From assembly GCF_006345805.1 (NCBI RefSeq), contig NC_043008.1:78740001-78804000 (forward strand): 64,000 bases of DNA, read 5' to 3'. The position numbers and the translations under genes were made by a program. Origin of the DNA: Octopus sinensis (Eukaryota). This document shows, one piece after another, positions 22,668 to 35,309 of this stretch. The notes beneath the pieces are model-generated. The model saw nothing but the letters and a program-made list of their open reading frames with translations, was not told the DNA's origin and made no database searches. Numbering within the stretch: position 1 is the stretch's first letter; each line of letters begins with the position of its first letter.

Positions 22668-23032
22668 TTAGGTTGATGAGGGAGGGATGACCTCCCTTTG
22701 CAAATACCGATAGGGCACAGAAAGTGTGTCAACAGCCAGCTGGAGAAGATTTCTCCTGGGGCTACAAGCTACAGGAACATCTACCCTTAGTGGTTAGCCA
22801 TATTTAGATGGCAAATATACTTCACATTGTCGTGCAGTTACTGTCTATACCTCGTTCAGAGATTTATTATCATTGAGTTAATGTTTTTCTGGAATCTAGA
22901 ATTCTTCAAGAAACCAATGTATCTGACTTAAAATCTATGTTCACCTTCCAGTCAAGAAAGAGTAGGATGGTAACATACATATTAATCAACAGAGGGCATT
23001 TTACAAAGCGGTGTCTCATATATTTGTAGGTA

Positions 23033-24469
23033 CACTACACAATCATTTATCCGGCATCATTATGACCAGGAGAATGCCAGATTAGTGATTTTGCTAGATT
23101 ATCAATTGATTAAGTATGATTGGTTAGGTTACGTTAGGTAAAATACCCTGTAAATCAGTACAAGTTGGTTAATAAGGAAAAGAGAAACATCAAATGAACT
23201 TTTAGTGAAATTTTAATGAAATCAAATGAAATTTTAATAAAACCCTGGTAAAATGAGTGGTAAAGTACTGGACTGGTACACTAATTCTGTTGACATATAC
23301 AAAGATCATCACTGAGGTGAGGGGATATCAGAATTATCACCTTCTTGAGGTGAAGGGCTGTCAGGACTCCCATCTTCATCATCTTGTAAGGTAAGTGAAA
23401 TATCAGGAACTGACTGTGATGGCGGTAGCACATCTGGGCAAGATGATGTTGAATGCACTAGATTTTCAAGTGATGACACCTCTGTTGTATACTTTCTAGT
23501 TACTTTTTTTTAACATAACTTGCAAGCTAAGCTGTTTTGTATATCTTGGCCTTTCTTTAATTAGCTTATCCTGCAGCATATAACAGTTCATTATTTCTTC
23601 CTCTAGACCTTTTAGCAGTTCACCTGTTGGCTGAATAAACTGATGAATAGAAACTTTTTCTCTTACATCTTACTCATTTTTATCACTGCTTTCTCCTTCA
23701 CTGTCTTGCTGTTAAGGACTTACAATCATCTGCACAATTTCGTGGTCAGCATTTTCAGCTGATCGCTTTTCATCACACACGGCACAAAACATTAACCCAT
23801 ATCTATCCTTGAAACACTGTAGCCACCTTCACTGTAATCACACTCTTATTCCAGTCCATGTTCCTCATGGAATGTTTTTTGCTTGTTCCTTTACAAGATC
23901 ACCTGACAGCTCAACATCTTCATTTTCACACAATTTAAACCACTTCATCAATGTGTGATCAAGTTCTACACTTTTGCCAGCTATCATTGTTTTCCTTTTA
24001 CACATTTGTTTCTTTGATTCACTGTTAGCAAAGGAATGGAATAACTGAGCTTTCTGGAGTTTTTTATGTTGTAAACTGCCAAAGATCCTATGTTGTATAA
24101 TTCACACAATCTTCACAGACACACTGCTGTCAAATTTTTTCATCTGCTCAACTTTTTCTTTTAAGGACAAAGTACAGTGTTTACACTTTACCCCACATGA
24201 AGCACCTCCTTTATGCATAGGGACCATGGCTGGGTCTAAAGGTGAAAAGGGTATAATAATAAATGGAAAAAAAACAAATTGGAAAGGCCTGCCTTTGTTT
24301 ACAAATGATGCGAGTGTGCTTATGCAGTAAGTAGCACCAAAAATCATACCAGCCAGTTGGTGTGGTAACCTGGGAAACTTGAAATTATTTGAAATTTTTC
24401 TAGCTGAAATTAGTGCCAGATTGCTGATTGAATTGGATGACAGATTACCAGATTAGTGATTGTGAACTG
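23033..24469 (-). mobile_element. Tigger/pogo-like element, internally deleted
   Basis: N-terminal TLSLKEK helix-turn-helix and a CENP-B-type ELDHTLMKWF...LSGDLVKEQAK segment. Imperfect TIRs CA(G/C)T(T/A)CACAATCA flanked by TA. Confidence 0.7.
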
Positions 24470-24853
24470 TAATTACACTTGACAAAAATGCACATGAAAT
24501 ATGTGCTAAAATAAAATGAACAATAAGATAAAACAGAGTAAGAAACATAGGTTTTAGACAAAAAGAAATCATCAGAAAACTTTTTAATAACATAAAAATG
24601 AAGCAACAGGCTATGTTCAATGGACATTATATGAGAAGACAAAACCTAAAAGCACTCAAGGAGAACTAGAAACTTAAAGGAAGAAGAAGCCAAGGAAGAT
24701 GGAAGGAAAACATGGCTTTCTAGAAAGATAATGCAAAAAAGTTGCCAAGTTGTGCATGAGACAAGATGGGTGAAGGTTCATGATTGCCAACACTGATAGA
24801 TATAGTACATAAATATTAATGGGATATATAGAGAGTTTTAAATTATAAAATAC

Positions 24854-24921
24854 CTTGAAGATCCAGTGAATGTATATAAGCATGGCCAACCACAGATCCT
24901 AAAGCTCCAAACTGCATTGCT
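24854..24921 (-). CDS. Neprilysin-like exon f: AMQFGALGSVVGHAYIHSLDLQ(G)
   Basis: Flanked by ctgttttag and gtattt; phase 2 to 1. Aligns to M13 NYGGIGxVIGHExxHGFD. Confidence 0.9.
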
Positions 24922-26410
24922 CTAAAACAGAAAGAGAAAAAAATATTTCACACTTTTGTTTTAATATTTTTAATAAGATAATTGGTCTGCTAGGTATTAT
25001 AGTTCCTGTGAGAATATCAACTGGTCAAGTTATTTGGATGTCACTTTAGCTGTGAAAGAGTTGCTAGTTAATATCAGGTTACCAATGCTGCATGGCAAAT
25101 ACATTCAGCATCCAGTTGCTTGAATTATCTAACTGTAAAAGAAGGTACAGTACAAAGTATACAGTCTGGAAATGTAAATATTGGTTACACTATATTTAAT
25201 TGCCAGTTATTTCAGATTACAGTACTGTGTTCAAGTGTTTTTCTGATCAAAATGTGTCATGGGTCAGTATTCCTATAGATATATTCAAAAAGAAACCCAG
25301 AATAAGATGGAGTGATATAGAAAGGAGAGGAAAATTCACAGAGTATTATGACAATGATAAAAGATTAATTTCAATAAAGAATCATTTCCTTTGGCCAAAA
25401 GTTAAATTTTTTGCAGTTGTGTTGTATAACTACATCTATGGCATATATTGAATTGGTCAGATGACTTAATGCAATCACCAAATCTAATGCTCTACATATA
25501 CATGCTTGTAACAAAAGAAACCATACTGTACACTTTTACATGCCATAGTTTATTGTAATGCAGAAGGTATTCCATTTCTTCCTATTTACCTGTAGGATCA
25601 GATGGGAATGACGGGATGGTATTGTAGCAGTATTCAAAAAATTTGTAGACAAGTTCTTAGGGTAGTATTTGAAGTGATTGTACATATAGTAGCAAGGATT
25701 GAGAGTTGAGCTTGCAACAGCAACAAACTATGTCCCCAGCACAAAATATAATCCATTTATCACTACTACTTAATCATTTAAATTATACTATGATTACTAA
25801 AAGAATAAAGAATTTGTAGGCAAATATTGAAAGGTATGTTTCTTATTTTCATAATACATAGAAAGAGATATTCTACAATGATAGGGTGGTAGCAACAACT
25901 GATGATCATGTAGTTATAAAATGTAGGTTTTAATAATTTTTAAAGCTACCATGGAATTATAAAATCAGATAATTTTAAGTATTGCTGGACACTGGGTTCC
26001 ATATAGGCAGCTTATAGTATCTAGATATAATTTACATTATCTATATAGCTATAGAGATAAAGAACATTATTGAATATATCAGCAACTGATTATACTCTAA
26101 CTTCTTAATTACTTGCCTATTTACTTAACATGGAAAAAAATATTTATTCTTTATGAATTTTGGTGTGTTCATAGTTCAATTCTTCAGGGCCAAAACAAAT
26201 CAACTGCTGAAGAAAAAGAAGAAAAGGAAAGAAAAGGGCTAGAATTTGGTCTGTGTGTGTTGATACAGAAATACATTGCTTGATTCTAGCCATGAACCAT
26301 AAGCTTTTGTTCTCTTTTATCATGGGTGAATAGAATTGGCATCTAGTACAGAAATTTGATGCCCAACAACTCCATTATGGTCAGTGGCAGACTTTTGACA
26401 TTTACTACTA

Positions 26411-27694
26411 TTGGGTCATCCCGTAAATAATGCATTTTTGTTATAGTTCTTTTATTTTTCAAACTTATGATAAACAAAGTTCTTTTTTAATCTAAAATAT
26501 ACTCTCCTTCATTTTCTACAATACTCTTCCGTATATCTGGTAGACTTAGAAGGTTCCTCTTCCAAAATTCACTTATCTGTGACGAAAAATACTCCTCCAG
26601 TACTGTTCTGACCTCGCCCACAGAATTCATATTTTTTCCGTCTAAATGATTTTGAAGACTGTGGTATAAATGATAATCAGATGGGGCAATGTCCAGCGAA
26701 TATGGTGGGTGGGGCATCGTTTACCATTCAAACTTCTCCAGCCTTTGGAATGTCATCCTCGCTGTATGTGACCGAGCATTATCCTGATGGAGGAATACCT
26801 TTCATCTTAAAACCAAAACTGGTCGTTTTTCTTCTTGCACTGACTTAAGCCATTCAAGCTGCTCACAGTAGATCTCCTTTGTTATCATTTGGTTTGGGTT
26901 TAAATGTGCAAAGTGATTTAAACCTTTCATATTCCACCAAACAGATAACAACACCTTACATGGGTGAAGACCTTCTTTAGCCTGGTGTGCCAGTGTTTCT
27001 CCACTCCCCACCAACTGCTTTTGACACTTGACATTTTTATAGAGAATCCATTTCTCATCACCAGTCATTATTTGGTCCAAAAATGGCTCATGTGTGAGAC
27101 GTGACAACAAAGAAGAGTACACATTCACTCTCTGCACATGATTAGACTCAGAAAGTTTATGAAGAACCTATTGATCCAATTTTTAAACTTTTCCACTGGC
27201 ATGCAGGTGTCAATGAATGGTTGAACGACCAAATCCAAGCTTCTCTACTAGTTCCTCAACAGTTACAATAGGATTTTGTTCCACCACGGTTTACAGCACA
27301 TCCTCATCAAGCTCTATAAATCTTCCAGGATGAGGCTCATCTTCTAGGCTGTGGTTTCCAGCTCAGAATTTCTGGAACCACTGTTGACACTGGCTTACGC
27401 TTATTGTTCGATCCCCATATACTGCATTTATATTCCTTGCACTTTCCATTGATTTTGCCTTTATTGAACTCATAAAGCAAAATATGCAGAACATGCACCT
27501 TTGTCACTTCCATTATAGCTTTGAAAAATAACTGTTAAAATCGAACAGCATTCTTCAAACCTTGAACTAAGAATAAGCACAAGGTAAAATTACTACCTGC
27601 TTTTATAGTAAATTGATCCAGTTAGTTTATCTCATTCCCCTCTGACTTTTAGTTCATGCAATTGAAAAAACCGCATATTTATGGGATGACCCAA
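26411..27694 (-). mobile_element. Mariner transposon, disrupted
   Basis: TIRs TTGGGTCATCCC(G/A)TAAATA flanked by TA. ORF pieces contain MTGDEKWILY and PYSLDIAPSDYHL. Confidence 0.92.
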
Positions 27695-27840
27695 TATATT
27701 TTCAGAAACCATGTTAGGTCAATGGAAGGCTTTGGTGTTTACTGCTATATTTTTGGAAGCTATGTGAGGGAAAAGTATTTGTAAATATACAATAACAACA
27801 GCAATGATGATAAGAATATCATATTATTCAAAGCACTATT

Positions 27841-27990
27841 AAAAAAAATAATAATATTAGTAACACTGATACTAAACATGTAATCTATACTGGAAACATT
27901 ACTAAAAAAATAATAATATTACTAAAAAAATAATAATATTAGTAACACTGATACTAAACATGTAATCTATACTGGAAACATTACTAATAA
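27841..27990. repeat. Local tandem duplication in an AAT/AAC-rich tract
   Basis: AATAATAATATTAGTAACACTGATACTAAACATGTAATCTATACTGGAAACATTACTAA occurs twice. Confidence 0.85.
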
Positions 27991-29789
27991 CAAAAACCAT
28001 AACAGAACTCATAAAAAACAATATGGTGATAAAGACAATAATAAAGAGAACAATAATAGGTATAAGGACAGCAGCAATGTCAGTAGTAACAAAAGTACAG
28101 ATGGAATTCATAATAATAGTGATGAGGATACGCATAACAGTAAGCATAACAGCAACAGGCATAATTTTAGGATGAGTAGTAAAAAAACAATAAGAAAAAT
28201 AATACCAATACCAGCAGCATAATAATAATAGTGCTAATTGTGGTGACCCTAATAAACATCCATTAGATGAACAATGCCTTAAGTAAACATGGTTTATAGA
28301 TGCTCTGTTGTTATGGATAAAACAGTTTACCATTACATAGCTATTGAGCAGCCATCTTCAAATTTTGATATTGTGACCACATTTCATCATTAGACATAGA
28401 AATAAAGAAAGATCAACCTTATTAAGCAAGCTAATTTGGGAGCTCAAAGATAACAAAATAAAGTATAATATTAAGAGGTCAATACCGAGCAGTGCACCTC
28501 CTTATGACAGAGGGAAAACTAAATGTGAACTTTCCTAGAAGTGTCGTTAATACTTACATCAAAGTATAAAATCCTAAATAAGAGACAGTAATTAGCAGTT
28601 TGATGTAAACATTTTTACAACAAAATCTTCAGATCATTCCCTTCATAATTAAGCATATGAACAAGTAGATATGATAACACCTTCACACCTTCCTAGTCCA
28701 GCAGTTTAGAGATAATGCATATTAAAATTAAGTGGTAATTGTCAATTTTCTTAATTGCTTGAATTATAGAAGACTCCTTTTGCTTCTCTCTTCTCACTAT
28801 TTATTTGATGATAAACAAATATCCCTTTTCTTTTTCATATATCCATTCCCCTACTTTTCCCATTTCACTTTCATTTTTATCTAATATTTATTCTTTTCAT
28901 TACTTTTGTTTTATTTTCGCTTTGTTTGATTTTGTTATGGGTTTATCTTCTTCACTTAGCAATTGTGTAATTTACCCCGTCACCCTATTTGAGACTCATA
29001 TCTTAACCTTCCTATTGCAACCGTACCAATGTTACCTAGTCCAACAATTTAGGATACATGTAGTCTTACTGTTTATTAAGTCTTATAATTTATCTATTTA
29101 TGACCCTTAATTACTAGTTCTATTTCTGTTAACTGTTTTGTACTTACATGAACTCCTGATAATTAATTAGATAAATGTTAATAGTTCAGGCTTTAAGCTA
29201 AATCGCAATACCATAGCTGATCTTTGGTTTGTATATTTGCAAATATTTCCCCTTTACACAGCTTTCAAAAATATAGCAGTGAATGCCAAAAGCATGCTAT
29301 TGATCTAATATAGTTTCCAAAAGTATAGTAGAAAATTCCAATAGCCTGCCACTAACCATAAACAGATTGTGGAATATCAAATTTCTTCATTAAATATATA
29401 TGCCAGCATGGAAGGAGAATGTTAAACGATGATGGTGATGATAATGATGATGATATAAATTCATTTATATATATATTGTTGCTATTATGTTAAACTGTCA
29501 TATGTACAAAACAAATTTGGCCAAATGCATTTTTTTACAATATTTTTGCTTGCAATAGTCAGTTTTTTTAGTCAAACTATTGTATCTCCTGCTGCTTCAG
29601 ATGCCAAGATATCAAAAATTGTCAGTGTGGTACAATGGTTTTACTATGGAATGGTGAAACTATTTTTTCATTTTCTGGAAAAGCAATTTTGGACTTACGA
29701 CACTTTTGCATAATAGCAACGATGTATATAGTATATAGTATATATACACACACACACACATATAAATATATATATGTATATGTATTGAC

Positions 29790-29948
29790 TACACTCACGG
29801 AGTGGTTGGCGTTAGGAAGGGCATCCAGCTGTAGAAACAATGCCAGATCAGACTGGAGCCTGGTGCAGCCTCCTGGCTTCCCAGACCCTGGTCGAACCAT
29901 CCAACCCATGCTAGCACGGAAAACGAACATTAAACAATGATGATGATG

Positions 29949-29955
<7 letters not shown>
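29790..29955 (+). repeat. RTE-2 tail or SINE-like element ending in (GAT)n
   Basis: Same tail sequence as at 1080-1250. Confidence 0.8.
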
Positions 29956-30002
<47 letters not shown>

Positions 30003-30599
30003 ACACATACTGTATTGAAATAACATTCCCTTTAATGCACAGATTATATATATCATTCAACTATGGTAGTCCACCATTTCATCAATTGCAGCAGTTTCCA
30101 GGCTTCACCACTAATTTAGTTGTCAACTAAATTGCAAACTGTTGACAGTTTTAAAGAGAACACTTTGTCAGCTACACTTTACCATAAATAGTTTGAGATT
30201 TGGTTCAGCAGAAAAAAAGTTACATCAAAATATCTGCGACCTCAAGTGGGGCAGTAAGGTACCTATTCACCTTCAATTAACATAAACTTTTTAATTGTAA
30301 ATTAAAAGTATACCTTTCTTATGCTTAAATGATAGAAAAATGCATGAGGAATTCAGTAGTTGCATTGAACAAAATTTAGTAGAAAAAGAGTTATGAGGTA
30401 AAATGTTACCAAATTTCATGTCAGTAAGTAAGAGAGTAAGGGAGTAACGCTTCCACTATAAGAATAAAGAATATATTTCTAAAATCAATGCTTACTTTCT
30501 AAGGTGGTGATCTGGCAGAAATGTTAACATGCCAGGTGAAATGCTTAACTGTATTTCGTCTGTCTTTTTGTTTTGAGTTCAAATATTGCCGAAGTCAAC

Positions 30600-31678
30600 T
30601 TTGACATACACATTATTCTTTTATTTGTTTCAGTTATTTGATTGTGGCCATTGTGGAGCATCGCCTTTAGTCGAGCAAATCAACCCCAGGACTTATTCTT
30701 TGTAAGCCTAGTACTTATTCTATCAGTCTCTTTTGCCGAACCGCTAAGTTACAGGGATGTAAACACACCAGCATTGGTTGTCAAGCGATGTGGGGGGGGG
30801 ACAAACACAGACACACAAACATATAAAGGGAAAGTTTACGAAAATAAACAAAAGACGAAGACAGGTGGTGTACAAAACAAACAGATGTATTAGTATAGCA
30901 CTCAGGAATAGAAAAAGTCTTTTACGTTTCGAGCCTATGCTGTTCTACAGAAAGGTACACAGAAAAAACAAGGAGAGAAAAAAAATGTGCGTAGTGGCTA
31001 ACGATCTATCATGGTGTCTGACTCGGACAAAATGGTCAGACGGGAGGGGGAAAGTAGGAGAGATTACAAGGTCAAGATGACCTCCAATAGAAAGGAGCTC
31101 CCAACACAAAGGTGCGTGTGTGTATCATCATCATTCATCATTGTTCGACCATGGTCGAGACAATGGAATTTACCATGCTACACCAGACTTCACGGTCCAT
31201 CATGGCATTACGGAGGTCCTGTTGCTGGATGCCTGTATCCCTGGAGATTACATCAGGGTAGGAGAGTGTGCGCCCTCTGGTATTGCGAGTAGATGGCTTC
31301 CAGAGGAGAAGAGTAGAAATTACTTCTTTTTCAGCTCTACAACAATGTCCAGCAAACTGGACTCTCCTACCTTTCACAAGAGATGACACAGGTGGTAGTT
31401 TCCCATATATTTGCATTTTGGTTGGATGGCGCTTCCACGAGAGTGTGTGTATAAGAGAATATGTATGTGCGTGTGAAAGAGGGCTGGTGGTCTGACATAC
31501 ATACATACATATATATATATTTATATATATACGACGGGCTTCTTTCCATTTCTGTCTACCAAATCCACTCATAAGGCTTTGGTCAGCCCGAGGCTATAGT
31601 AGAAGACACTTACCCAAGGTGCCATGCAGTGGGACTGAACCCGGAACCATGTGGTTGGTAAGCCACTCCTGCGCCTAT
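30600..31678 (-). mobile_element. tRNA-derived SINE split by nested insertions
   Basis: The SINE tail half (30600-30825) and head half (31500-31678) flank a dispersed repeat (30828-~31110) and an RTE 3' end. Confidence 0.75.
31126..31442 (-). mobile_element. 5'-truncated copy of the full-length RTE family
   Basis: Near-identical to ~9518-9828 with a (GAT)n tail. Candidate TSD GTGTGTGTAT at 31116-31125 and 31443-31452. Confidence 0.9.
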
Positions 31679-31784
31679 AATTTCATTAAAGAGTGACAAT
31701 GAATAAATTCATGTTTGATAAGAGCCAATACATGAAACTCTCAGCTTTTGACTTACTCTCTAACTTCTGCCGATGATGTATATA

Positions 31785-33051
31785 CGAGGGACGTTCAATA
31801 AGTAATGTTCCTGACCCACTTGCAGTTGTTTGATCTAGCTGAAATTTTGCATGTGCAATCATTTATATCTCTATAGATTAAGTAGTAGCTCTGAACCAAT
31901 TGTGGTTTCTGATTTACAGGTGTTTGAACTGAGTCAAGTGTGAAATGGAGCCTGTTGAGTGTCGAGCAGTGATCCGGTTTTTGTATTTGAAAGGACACAC
32001 ACCACGGGAGGCTTTTGATGAAAAGAAAGTAACTTATGGTGATGATGCCCCATCATATGACCTTGTAAAACGCTGGCATCGTGAATTCAAACATTGTCGT
32101 AACTCTGTGGAAACAGCTCCCAGATCTGGTCGCCCCACTTCTGCCATTGATGAGGCATCTGTCTGTCAAGTTGCGGCTGCCATTTTGGAAGATCGATGCA
32201 TAACTATTCGCCAAATAGCCCATGAGGTCAAGATTAGTACTGAGTCTGTGAAAACTATCATTCATGACCATTTGCATATGCAAAAGGTGTCTGCCAGATG
32301 GATTCCCAGGTTGCTCACACCTTTCCAGAAGCAAGAACACGTTGAGTGCTCGAGGATGAATTTGGAGATGTGCCAAGAAGATGAGTCAAAATTTTTCAAA
32401 AGACTGATTACATAGGATGAAACCTGGGTCCATCACTATGATCCAGAGACCAAAGCCCAGTCAATGCAGTGGAAGCACCATGACTCTCCTCCTCCAAAGA
32501 AGGCAAGGGTGCAGCCCTCCGCTGGCAAGGTCATGTTCACAGTCTTCTGGGACCAGGACGGAGTAGTGATGACAGATTTCCTGGCAAAGGGTACCACAAT
32601 TGCAGGAGCCTATTATGCTTCACTTTTGAGGAAATTAAGAGAAGCTATCAAAATCAAGAGGTGGAGCAAGATCAGCAAAGGCATCCTCCTGCAGGACAAC
32701 GGTCCGGTCCACAACTCGCTTGCTCCCAGATCAGAAGCACAGGCGTACGACTATGAACTCCTCCTTCGCCCCCCTACTCTCTTGACCTTGCACCCTCTGA
32801 TTTTCACCTCTTCCCAGCCATGAAGTTGTTTTTGAAAGATGATGCAGCCTTGATTTATGAAGTCATGTCGTGTTTGGAGGACCAAGCGGGGATCTTCTAC
32901 AAAAACGGTCTCCAGAGCTGCATCAAACAATGGGAGAAATGCGTAACTCTGGGTGGTTCCTATGTAGAAAAAGACTAATAACTGTGCCAAGTTTCGTTGC
33001 TCTACTGCTATGGGAAGTGGGTCAGGGGCATTACTTATTGAACGCCCCTCG
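31785..33051 (+). mobile_element. Mariner transposon (irritans-like), disrupted
   Basis: TIRs CGAGGG(A/G)CGTTCAATAAGTAATG flanked by TA. Contains MEPVECRAVIRFLYLKG, ARWIPRLLT, a premature TAG just before DETWVHHY, and AGKVM. Confidence 0.93.
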
Positions 33052-34044
33052 TACATATTACATAAATGTGTAAAAAAATCTCATAATGCAATTGAACCAA
33101 TGAAAGAACCTCTACATGGTCGTTCAACACGCTAAAAATAGCAGCTAATGTATCCCCCTACCTAAATCACATGCCCGAATATTCTTTATCATAATCAAAA
33201 CACTGTCACAAATTTAAAATGAATTATTGGTCAAAGATTTAATGATGGAAGTTAACAATGTGCTCATGAATTTTGGAAAGAAATTTATCTTCATTTTGAA
33301 ATGGAATTTCAACAAAAGTTTACATTCATCAAGTATGACACTGCTAGATGTTAACTTTTGCATCAACATACTTGCAAAAATGAAATTTGCAACTGCAATA
33401 CAACTCCTGGTTGTGGCAGACAATCACAACTACCTATTGATTTAAGAGAAGAGTTGTTTTCGCAACCAACAATTTAAATTTTTGATTACTAAAACCACAA
33501 CATATTCAATTACAAAAAATTGCAAAACATGTTCGTTCAATACTGAACATGAAATTATGTCCAGAATTGAATTTCCTCCTGAATTTAAATATCTCGTTAT
33601 TCAAATTAATACATTTCTAATTAATCAAAATATTGATATGGAAGATAGAATCAAATGTGATATAATGAACTTCAGTTCAAAAAGGCAGCAAATATTTGGC
33701 ACAAATTTTACTCTACAAACTGCTTTTATTCATAGAGGACTGGAGATGATATTTGAGATGAAATCAGTGACAACATCATTACAAAAATACATACTAAATT
33801 TCCTCCCAAATTGCCTGACATTGTTTTACTATTTATGGAAAAAAATGTAAAAAAAATAAAAAAACAAAATTCAGTGGAATTGTAACTAAAAATTAAATTT
33901 AAGACATAGATTGTATGATTGATTAATGATTATTTAGGAACAAAATTCATATATAAAAAAAATTAACAAGAACATTTTCTTAAATTTGGAAATTAAAAAT
34001 GTTTTTTTGGTTTATAAAACGTAAAATTGAAGGTACAAACATTT

Positions 34045-34205
34045 AGGCGCAGCAGTGGCTGTGTGGTAAGTAGCTTGCTTACCAACCACATGGTTCCAGG
34101 TTCAGTTCCACTGCGTGGCACCTTGGGCAAGTGTCTTCTACTATAACCTCGGGTCAACCAAAGCCTTGTGAGTGGATTTGGTAGATGGAAACTGAAAGAA
34201 GCCCG

Positions 34206-34251
<46 letters not shown>

Positions 34252-34430
34252 GTATATGTTTGTGTGTCTGTGTTTGTTCCCCCAACAAACCGATGCTGGT
34301 GTGTTTACATCCCCGTCACTTCGTGGTTCGGCAAGAGAGACTGATAGAATAAGTCCTGGGGTCGATTTGCTCGACTAAAGGCGGTGTTCCAGCACAGCCA
34401 CAGTCAAATGACTGAAACAAACAAATAAAA
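34045..34430 (+). mobile_element. tRNA-derived SINE
   Basis: Same family as 6021-6424. Confidence 0.85.
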
Positions 34431-34599
34431 GAATGAAAAAAATTTAAATATTATCATCACTTACATGGAAAAATTAAAATATTATCTGTCAGTATTTTAT
34501 AAGATAAAATCCTAAATTATTAATTGACACATTATTAATTATCTTATAACAGCAATGCCTGGAAAAATCATGGATTTTTTTAGGTATTTGAGAAAAAAT

Positions 34600-35078
34600 C
34601 ATGGAAAAATGCAAGCATGAAAAGTAATAATCTTAAGATTATAAACCTGGAAAAGTACAGGACAAGTTATTACACCTGTAAAAGTATAGGACAAGCTATT
34701 ACTTCAAGTAAAGTAAAGAATAAGAAACTTTTACTTAAAATATTGCAGCTAAAATTAAAATTTCAATATTAAAAATTATTTTATTATAGTTTACAAATAA
34801 CACTATACTTATTTAAGTAGAATTTGGCTAATTTACTACATTAAATACAGGAAAAAGTGACTAATTAGACAAACTTACAAATTAGCTGAAGAGTTTTGAA
34901 CAATAAATTTAAAAGACGAGAACTGTAAAGATGATGAATTAGAAGAACTGGTATTCTTTGTTGCAATATTTTAAGTAAAAAGTTTGTCCTATATTTTTAC
35001 AGGTGTTATAACTTATCCTGTACTTTTCCAGGTTTATAATCTTAAGAGTATTACTTTCCATGCTCGCATTTTTCCATG
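34600..35078. mobile_element. MITE-like element with ~98-bp inverted repeats
   Basis: 34600-34697 (CATGGAAAAATGC...AAACCTGGAAAAGTACAGG) is the reverse complement of 34981-35078. Confidence 0.7.
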
Positions 35079-35309
35079 TAATATATAAATATATTAAATA
35101 TATTATCTTATAAGCGTAAAGCTAATAAGTGATCACCATGCATTGACTGAGGTAAATAGTCTAATATTGGGGCATATAAGCCCTTGACGGAAAAAAGTAG
35201 GGTTTGCCTAAATGTATGTGTGTACATCCATCAATCCATCTATTCATGTATGCAATGCATGGTGCATTAGCTATTTATCTTTTTACTTGTTTCATTGTGG
35301 CCATTTGAG

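Larger units (their letters stand above)
16840..22873 (+). mobile_element. Non-autonomous element bounded by hammerhead-containing repeats, carrying three gag/ORF1-like units
   Basis: TSD TGAGTTAATGT at 16829-16839 and 22874-22884. Direct repeats at 17109-17373 and 22608-22870, an inverted copy at ~16836-17100, and no RT, IN or tyrosine-recombinase motifs. Confidence 0.85.

Noticed and set aside
16840-22873. DIRS/Ngaro or LTR-retrotransposon interpretation
   Set aside because: There is no RT, RNase H, integrase or tyrosine recombinase, no TG...CA termini and no obvious PBS. An 11-bp TSD and hammerhead motifs fit a Penelope or retrozyme type better. A deletion derivative is not fully excluded.
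25590-25710. Candidate 121-nt minus-strand exon with AG/GT ends
   Set aside because: It would shift the frame between exons e and f and shows no M13 similarity.
31685-31740. Minus-strand IKHEFIH as an alternative HExxH exon
   Set aside because: It has no suitable splice sites and no GxxGxVIG or GFD context. The 24854-24921 exon fits both phases and flanking homology.
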